Origin: Candidatus Omnitrophota bacterium
GTDB taxonomy: Bacteria; Omnitrophota; Gorgyraeia; Gygaellales; Profunditerraquicolaceae
DNA length: 53,643 nucleotides
Assembly (NCBI GenBank): GCA_043812955.1
Contig: JBDRLN010000067.1
Coordinates: 1-53,643, forward strand
Direction of reading: 5' to 3'
Part shown: piece after piece, positions 47,813 through 53,643 of the stretch
Numbering within the stretch: the stretch's first letter is position 1
Layout of the letters: each line of letters opens with the position of its first letter
The notes under the pieces: generated by a model
Database searches by the model: none
The model's input: only the letters and a program-made list of their open reading frames with translations
What the model was told of the DNA's origin: nothing
Made by a program: the position numbers and the translations under genes

Positions 47813-49887
47813 GCTTCCTGATTATTGCTTTCAGCCTTCTTCTTGCTCAAATTTATCCGGCCCATTTCATCTATACCGGTAACCTTGACCTTGATCTCGT
47901 CTCCTATTTTTACTACTTCCTCTACGCTCTTAACAAAGGTATTGGATAATTCTGAGACATGCACTAAGCCGTCTTTACCCGGAGCAATTTCACAGAAGGC
48001 GCCGAAATTGGTTATTCTTTTAACTTTTACCGTATATATCCTGCCGACTTCCACATCATCGGTTATAGCCCGGATCATCCGGATCGCCTCAGCCGATTTA
48101 ACCGAATCATTGGAAGCGACTAAAACTGTGCCGTCATCCTGAATGTCAATACTGGCCCCGGTGAGGGCAATTATCTTCTTAATTGTCTTACCGCCCGGGC
48201 CGATCACACCGCCGATCTTTTCGGTATTGATCATTATTTTTTCTATGCGCGGGGCATAAATCGAGAGTTCCGGACGGGGCTTATCCAGACAATTTTTCAT
48301 TTTATCCAGTATAAACAGCCTGGCCTCCTTGGACTGATAGAAACAATCCTTCAATAAATTCAAGCTTATGCCGTCGATCTTTAAATCCATCTGGACCGCG
48401 GTAACTCCCAGGGTTGTTCCGGCGGCCTTAAAATCCATATCCCCGAAATGGTCTTCCACTCCGGCTATATCGGTTAAAATAACGCTCTTGTTGCCTTCTT
48501 TAATCAAGCCTAAAGCCACGCCTCCAACCATATCTTTTACTGGCACCCCAGCATCCATCAAAGATAAACTAGCAGCGCAAACAGTAGCCATACTTGAAGA
48601 TCCGTTCGATTCAAGGATCTCAGATACCGCTCTGACTGTATAAGGAAATTGTTCTTTGGCAGGCATCACTGCTAAAAGCGCCCTCTCCGCTAAAGCCCCG
48701 TGGCCGATCTCCCTGCGCCCGGCCCCTCGCATCGGCGAGACTTCGCCAACGCTAAAAGGAGGAAAATTGTAATGGAGCATAAAAGATTTATTTTTTTCCC
48801 CTTCTAAAGCTTCAATCATCTGCTCATCATCTCCGCTGCCTAAAGTAGTAACCACCAGGCTCTGGGTCTGGCCGCGGGTAAATATAGCCGAACCATGGGT
48901 CCTGGGTAAAGATGCAACTTCGCAAGCGATCTGGCGTATTTCTTTAAATCCTCTGCCGTCTTCGCGAATATTATCTTCTAATATTGTCTTTCTAATCTGC
49001 TTCTTTTCTACTTCGCTAAGCGCTGCTTTAATATCCGGGGCCAGATAACCTTCAGAAATCAATATCTCCTCCAGTTCCTTGGCTAATAAAACCACTCCTT
49101 CTTCCCGCTCTTCTTTTTTGCTTAATTTATAAACATCCTTTAGCTTTTTTAAAGCTAATTCTTTTACTCTATTTTCTAAAACCGGATCAACGAGCCTGTA
49201 TTTAACCTTAACTTTTGACTTGCCGAGCTCTTTGGCCAATTCCTCTTGAAATTTAATTATCTCCTGGAGGCTGTCAAAACCAAATTTTACCGCCTCCATA
49301 AATACTTCTTCAGATACTTCCTTAGCCTTGGACTCCAGCATAACCACGCCCTTAAGATTCGCCACTACCACTAGATCCAGGTCTGACTTATCCATCTGGG
49401 CATAAGTAGGATTAATTGCGAAACTCCCATCGACTCTGCCTACCCGACAGCAGGCTAATGGCCCGTTAAAAGGAATATCAGATATAGATAAAGCCGCTGA
49501 TGCCCCGGTTACAGCAATGACATCCGGGTCATTAACTCCATCGCTGGATAAGACCAAAGCAATAATCTGGACTTCATTAAAAAGACCTTCGGGAAAAAAC
49601 GGGCGAATCGGACGATCGATAAGACGGCTGGTTAGGATTTCGTTTTCCGACGGCCGGCCTTCTCTTTTAAAGAAACCACCGGGAATCCTCCCGGCAGCAT
49701 AGGTCTTCTCCTGGTATTCTACCATTAAAGGAAAATAATCCTTGCCCTCAGGGGCGTCCTTAGACATACAAACAGTAACTAAAACCACGGTGCCTCCGTA
49801 TTGGATAGCAACCGAGCCATTAGCCTGTCTGGCGAGCTTACCTGTATCTAAAATTAAGTCCTCACTCCCAAATTTGATCTTATGCAT
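47809..49887 (-). CDS. pnp: Polyribonucleotide nucleotidyltransferase
   Basis: RIPGGFFKREG, RLIDRPIRP, HGSAIFTRGQTQ, ESNGSSSMA, GDMDFK, KH and S1 domains. Confidence 0.96.
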   Translation of the reverse strand: MHKIKFGSEDLILDTGKLARQANGSVAIQYGGTVVLVTVCMSKDAPEGKDYFPLMVEYQEKTYAAGRIPGGFFKREGRPSENEILTSRLIDRPIRPFFPEGLFNEVQIIALVLSSDGVNDPDVIAVTGASAALSISDIPFNGPLACCRVGRVDGSFAINPTYAQMDKSDLDLVVVANLKGVVMLESKAKEVSEEVFMEAVKFGFDSLQEIIKFQEELAKELGKSKVKVKYRLVDPVLENRVKELALKKLKDVYKLSKKEEREEGVVLLAKELEEILISEGYLAPDIKAALSEVEKKQIRKTILEDNIREDGRGFKEIRQIACEVASLPRTHGSAIFTRGQTQSLVVTTLGSGDDEQMIEALEGEKNKSFMLHYNFPPFSVGEVSPMRGAGRREIGHGALAERALLAVMPAKEQFPYTVRAVSEILESNGSSSMATVCAASLSLMDAGVPVKDMVGGVALGLIKEGNKSVILTDIAGVEDHFGDMDFKAAGTTLGVTAVQMDLKIDGISLNLLKDCFYQSKEARLFILDKMKNCLDKPRPELSIYAPRIEKIMINTEKIGGVIGPGGKTIKKIIALTGASIDIQDDGTVLVASNDSVKSAEAIRMIRAITDDVEVGRIYTVKVKRITNFGAFCEIAPGKDGLVHVSELSNTFVKSVEEVVKIGDEIKVKVTGIDEMGRINLSKKKAESNNQEA

Positions 49888-49958
49888 ACATCTCCTCTTA
49901 TTATTTTACAAAACCTGCGGGTTTATTTTATGATTTGGCGAGGATAAAGACGCAATCT

Positions 49959-49988
49959 ATCCTCACACCAATTTATTGGTGTGGGGAT
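49959..49988. repeat. Hairpin ATCCTCACACCAA-TTTA-TTGGTGTGGGGAT abutting the rpsO stop codon
   Basis: 13 bp stem with one non-Watson-Crick pair; no U-tract; CCCCACACC arm resembles the CCCCGCACC TIR. Confidence 0.6.
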
Positions 49989-50258
49989 TTACTTTCTCAA
50001 ACTGAGCTTCTCTAGAATGTGTTCATATTTAGCAATATCCTTATCCTTAAGATAATCCAAGAGCCGGCGGCGCCTGCCAACCAGACCTAATAGGCCACGG
50101 CGAGAATGGAAATCCTTCTTATGGCTTTTAAAATGGTCGGTCAGGATATTGATCCTCTCGGTTATGAGAGCTATTTGAACCTCTGGGGAACCAGTATCTT
50201 GAGAGTGGGTCTTAAAAGTATCAATGATGTTCTGTTTTTTTTCTTTGACTAAAGGCAA
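49989..50258 (-). CDS. rpsO: 30S ribosomal protein S15
   Basis: [24 protein letters not shown] start at 50258 after AGGAGGTGA gives 89 aa. Confidence 0.95.
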   Translation of the reverse strand: MPLVKEKKQNIIDTFKTHSQDTGSPEVQIALITERINILTDHFKSHKKDFHSRRGLLGLVGRRRRLLDYLKDKDIAKYEHILEKLSLRK

Positions 50259-50279
50259 CCTCTTCACCTCCTTCTATTT

Positions 50280-51059
50280 TTATCTATTATATGTTTTTTC
50301 TAAACTTAAGTCAACAGTATTTCTTAAAACTCCTATGCCTTCAATATCAATCTCTATCATATCCCCTACAAGCATCGGACCAACGCCCGCAGGAGTTCCG
50401 GTAGATATCACATCTCCCGGCAATAAAGTCATTACCCGGGATACATAGGAAACTATTTCTGGCGCCGAAAATATAAAGTTTCGGGTGTTTGAATGTTGTT
50501 TTAATCTGTTATTCAAAAACGACTTGATCTCTAAATGCCCCGGGTCGATCCCGGTCTCAAGCCAGGGCCCCAAGGGAGAAAAGGTATCAAAAGATTTAGC
50601 CCGCGACCATTGTATATCTTTTTTCTGCAGGTCTCTGGCTGTAACATCATTAAGGCAGGTATAACCTAAGATATATTCCGACGCTTTTTGCAAAGCTATA
50701 TTCCTGGCAATTTTTTTGATTACCAAGGCTAACTCCGCTTCGAAATCGAGCCTTTTAACTCCTTTAGGGTAAATTATCGTTTCGCCTGGGCCGATCAAGG
50801 CTGTCGGTGGTTTTAAAAATATTACCGGCTCAGCCGGTAGCTTCATTTTTAATTCCCGGGCATGGTCTTTATAATTAAGCCCTACCAGAATTATTTTTGA
50901 AGGCTCAGCCGGCGCTAAGAGTTTAACCTGAGAAAGGAAAATCTTTTTTTTAAGCGGCTTTATCTTATCAAAAGGCGGATCTTTAAGGGGCCGAATATAA
51001 TCCTTATCTATGACTCCCCACTTAATTTGCTTTTTGTAAATAAATCTGGCCAGCCGCAT
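50280..51059 (-). CDS. Fumarylacetoacetate hydrolase family protein
   Basis: GLNY.DH, FLKP, DFEAELA, NDVTARD, KSFDTF, GDVISTGTP. Confidence 0.92.
   Translation of the reverse strand: MRLARFIYKKQIKWGVIDKDYIRPLKDPPFDKIKPLKKKIFLSQVKLLAPAEPSKIILVGLNYKDHARELKMKLPAEPVIFLKPPTALIGPGETIIYPKGVKRLDFEAELALVIKKIARNIALQKASEYILGYTCLNDVTARDLQKKDIQWSRAKSFDTFSPLGPWLETGIDPGHLEIKSFLNNRLKQHSNTRNFIFSAPEIVSYVSRVMTLLPGDVISTGTPAGVGPMLVGDMIEIDIEGIGVLRNTVDLSLEKTYNR
50286..50314 (-). promoter_or_regulatory. rpsO-pnp promoter embedded in the end of the FAH gene
   Basis: TTGACT-N17-TATAAT. Confidence 0.7.
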
Positions 51060-51082
51060 ATTATACTAATTCTCTAACCAAT

Positions 51083-51116
51083 TCCACCCCGTAGGTGGGC
51101 TCCACCTACGGGGTGG
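51083..51116. repeat. GC-rich hairpin TCCACCCCGTAGGTGG-GC-TCCACCTACGGGGTGG(A)
   Basis: About 16 bp perfect inverted repeat with no flanking U-tract. Confidence 0.7.
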
Positions 51117-51165
51117 ACAAATGGTTCTATCGATCCTCCGCCTGTTATTAATAAGAATACCGCGA

Positions 51166-51468
51166 TTAAGCTATTATTTTAAGAACCTCTTTTATCGGCT
51201 GCCCCTTATAGATCCCCAATTTTTTAGCCTCCCGGCTCAAGGAACCGGCATCGGCCTTTAATGATTCATTGATCGTCGAGACTCCGGTAATCTTTACAGC
51301 TGCATCTTTAAATTTATCCGCTGAGCGCATATTCAGGTAACCGCACATTACATAACCTTTAGAGCCTAAGAACAAGATCAAATTCTTACTCATCAACTTT
51401 ATACAAAACGCATCGATGCGCTTCCGGCCGCATTTAATCTTTCTGCATTTAATTTTTAGGGGAGGCAT
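51166..51468 (-). CDS. YunC/DUF1805 family protein
   Basis: KGYVMCGYLN, AVKITGV, A..LGI..G. Confidence 0.75.
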   Translation of the reverse strand: MPPLKIKCRKIKCGRKRIDAFCIKLMSKNLILFLGSKGYVMCGYLNMRSADKFKDAAVKITGVSTINESLKADAGSLSREAKKLGIYKGQPIKEVLKIIA

Positions 51469-51473
51469 AAAGA

Positions 51474-53123
51474 TCAGTTGATATTCTGGATGACCCTGGA
51501 AAATACTTTAACAATATTGGGGTCGAATTGGGTCCCGGAAGCCGATACTATAATAGCCACGGCCTCTTTTTTAGAATAAGCCTTCTGCCTGTAGGGGCGG
51601 TGGGAAATCAAGGCCTGGAATACGTCGGCGATAGCGATTATCCGCGCGCCAAGAGGAATCTCATCCCCCTTAAGGCCGTTAGGATAACCTTTACCATCCC
51701 ATCTTTCATGATGGTAAAGTATGTAAGGAATTACGCTATGCAAAAACTGGATCGGCCTAATGATGTCCACGGCGATCTGGGGATGCTTTTTTATTTCGGC
51801 AAATTCCTTTTTAGTCAGCTTTGCCGGCTTAAGCAATATATTTTCGCTTATTCCGATTTTACCTAGATCATGGAGCATCGCTGCCTGATGGATCCGCTCG
51901 ACTTCTTCCCGAGACAAGCCCATTGCCCGGGCAAGGTCAACAGCGTAATGCACTGTCTTCTCTACGTGCTCGCCGGTATAATGATCCTTTAACTCAATAG
52001 TCTTGGCAAAAGCATAGACCGCTTCAATTAAGCTCTGGTTGGAGCGGCGGGTAAGTTTCTCTATCTTCTCCTCTAATGCCTCTTCGTTAATTGTTTTTTT
52101 GGCTTCGTCAGGAGACGCGACCCGGCCATTGGTAATATCAAAAGTAGTAAAAACACTGCTGCCTCCCGATTCTTTGACTTTATTCAGGATCTGATCGGCG
52201 ATTACGATCAAGTCTTTACCCACGGATATTTTATCTTCAGGATAAGAAACAACCGACATACTTATTTTTAACTTAACTGTTTGTTTCTTATTCCCAAAAT
52301 TATACAGATTGATCGCATCTTGCAGGCGATTAGCCAGCGTAAGCGCAGTTGTCCGGTCTAATCCCGGCGAAAGAATTATAAACTCCTCTCCGCCAGAACG
52401 TATTATTATGTCATATTTACGCAACAGGCTCTTTAAAAGCTGGGCAAACTGTTTGAGCACTAGATCGCCGAATTGACGCCCATAAACATCATTAATAGAT
52501 TTGAAATAATCGATATCCAGCATAATCACTGATAATGGATGGCCGTATCTCTTAGCCCGGAATAATTCCGATTCTATAATATCTTGCAGGTAGTTGTAAT
52601 TAAAAAGTCCGGTATGCGGGTCACAGAGGGATAGCTTTTTATACTTTTTATTAGACTTCACCAAATCCATATTTAGCTGCTTAATCTTATCATCTTTGAT
52701 TTTACGGTCCGTGATATCGCGAAAGGTCTCTATTGAACCAACTATATTATGATTAGAATCATATAAAGGGGTAGCTTTACACCACAGGTAGGTTCCGCCG
52801 GGATTGAGCCGACTAATATGAACTTCGGTTATTAAAGTATCATCTTCTTTTTTTACAAAATCATACTTACCTTCTCTATCTACATCTAAATCTTTTCTGA
52901 TTGCAAAATCAATTAGTACCGGCCTTCTCTCACCATAAAAGGGAATAGCATACTCATAATCACCCTTACCTAGTATATCCTCGGCCTTGACCTTAGTCAT
53001 TTCGACAATAACCTTATTCCAGGCTATAACCTTGCCTTCTAAGTTAATAACGAAAGTGGGGTCAGGCAGGTGTTCAATAATCTCGCCTAAGTATTGATTA
53101 TCGCTAATCTGGATATCGCCCAT
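51474..53123 (-). CDS. PAS-GGDEF-HD-GYP c-di-GMP metabolising protein
   Basis: PAS (PDPTFVI..WN), D.HTGLFN, DIDYFK, GGEEF, HDLGK, HHERWDGKGYP. Confidence 0.9.
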   Translation of the reverse strand: MGDIQISDNQYLGEIIEHLPDPTFVINLEGKVIAWNKVIVEMTKVKAEDILGKGDYEYAIPFYGERRPVLIDFAIRKDLDVDREGKYDFVKKEDDTLITEVHISRLNPGGTYLWCKATPLYDSNHNIVGSIETFRDITDRKIKDDKIKQLNMDLVKSNKKYKKLSLCDPHTGLFNYNYLQDIIESELFRAKRYGHPLSVIMLDIDYFKSINDVYGRQFGDLVLKQFAQLLKSLLRKYDIIIRSGGEEFIILSPGLDRTTALTLANRLQDAINLYNFGNKKQTVKLKISMSVVSYPEDKISVGKDLIVIADQILNKVKESGGSSVFTTFDITNGRVASPDEAKKTINEEALEEKIEKLTRRSNQSLIEAVYAFAKTIELKDHYTGEHVEKTVHYAVDLARAMGLSREEVERIHQAAMLHDLGKIGISENILLKPAKLTKKEFAEIKKHPQIAVDIIRPIQFLHSVIPYILYHHERWDGKGYPNGLKGDEIPLGARIIAIADVFQALISHRPYRQKAYSKKEAVAIIVSASGTQFDPNIVKVFSRVIQNIN

Positions 53124-53129
53124 AATTAA

Positions 53130-53158
53130 ATGATAACATATTTAAATTAAGAAGTCAA
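53130..53158 (-). promoter_or_regulatory. Promoter predicting a leaderless transcript
   Basis: TTGACT-N17-TATCAT ends 6 nt before the ATG at 53123; no SD. Confidence 0.55.
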
Positions 53159-53168
53159 ACCCGCAGAA

Positions 53169-53643
53169 TCAGTACTTATAATAACTAGCCGAAATAGCCT
53201 GAGAGATATAGCGCACTGCCTCAATAATGCAGATGCGTATTGCTTTTTCCATCGGGGTATTAGCGTAGCCCGACAAACCGCCTCCTAAACCCCAGCTGCC
53301 CATAAAACCAGCCATGATCCCTCCGGAAACATCAGTTGCCTGACCTTGTACCCGGGTAGCGGCTAATACTTCGGAAGTAGAAGTATCTACGATACGGATA
53401 TCCAAAGCCATATGGGCCTTGTTCATGGCCCCGCCTAAAGCCGCACCTAACAAACCCTTTCCTATTCCACCTCCACCACCTAAACCAGCCCTACCGCCGG
53501 AGGCCTGAGGCTCAAACTCAGTTACAGCAGCAGTAATAATTAAATCTGCGGTCTTGATCTGGCCGCGCTGGGCGCCTGCTCCGGCCTGGGCAGCTCCGGA
53601 TATAGCTAATTGCTGTTCTTGCATTACCGCGTTTAATACCTGG
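53169..53643 (-). CDS. CsgG/HfaB-family protein (C-terminal part, 5' end outside window)
   Basis: ADLIITAAVTEFE, Gly-rich hairpin, DIRIVDTSTSEV, TPMEKAIR; frame stays open to the window edge. Confidence 0.75.
   Translation of the reverse strand, partial: QVLNAVMQEQQLAISGAAQAGAGAQRGQIKTADLIITAAVTEFEPQASGGRAGLGGGGGIGKGLLGAALGGAMNKAHMALDIRIVDTSTSEVLAATRVQGQATDVSGGIMAGFMGSWGLGGGLSGYANTPMEKAIRICIIEAVRYISQAISASYYKY

Noticed and set aside
465-51866. Numerous short plus-strand ORFs in the track (e.g. 34459-34986, 6065-6406, 42972-43331)
   Set aside because: They are antisense shadows of well-supported minus-strand genes and have no recognisable motifs.

Overview
A 53.6 kb stretch of AT-rich bacterial chromosome with nearly all genes on the minus strand. 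Gene content suggests a PVC-superphylum organism, possibly Candidatus Omnitrophota; this is inference and was not tested. Housekeeping blocks: metY-Rrf2 regulator; a UvrD helicase; a dcw cluster (mraZ-rsmH-ftsL-ftsI-murE-murF-mraY-murD-ftsW-murG-[secreted zinc peptidase]-murC-murB-ddl-ftsQ-ftsA, with no ftsZ after ftsA); ribF, nrnA, rbfA, tRNA nucleotidyltransferase, xerD and ligA; a signalling cassette (PAS protein, solute-binding protein, histidine kinase, stand-alone receivers) beside tRNA-Pro(CGG); an FMN-riboswitch riboflavin operon that includes nusB and a PHP hydrolase; cinA/thpR; pgpA-pgsA-rimO-rodZ-ftsK-pnp-rpsO; and a PAS-GGDEF-HD-GYP protein. The most unusual signal is non-coding. 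(1) A ~75 bp inverted-repeat element (CCCCGCACCTTCT...AGAAGGTGCGGGG) has five clear copies plus one diverged copy. The five clear copies sit at former stop/start overlaps ((A/G)TGA), are flanked by duplicated TGA, and rebuild the downstream gene's start codon and RBS. (2) An 8-nt tandem repeat occupies the same position in murE and murF inside a near-identical ~60 bp tract; it is in frame in murF but frameshifts murE. (3) Several further palindromic and hexamer repeat families occupy gene junctions, although no transposase is encoded in the window.
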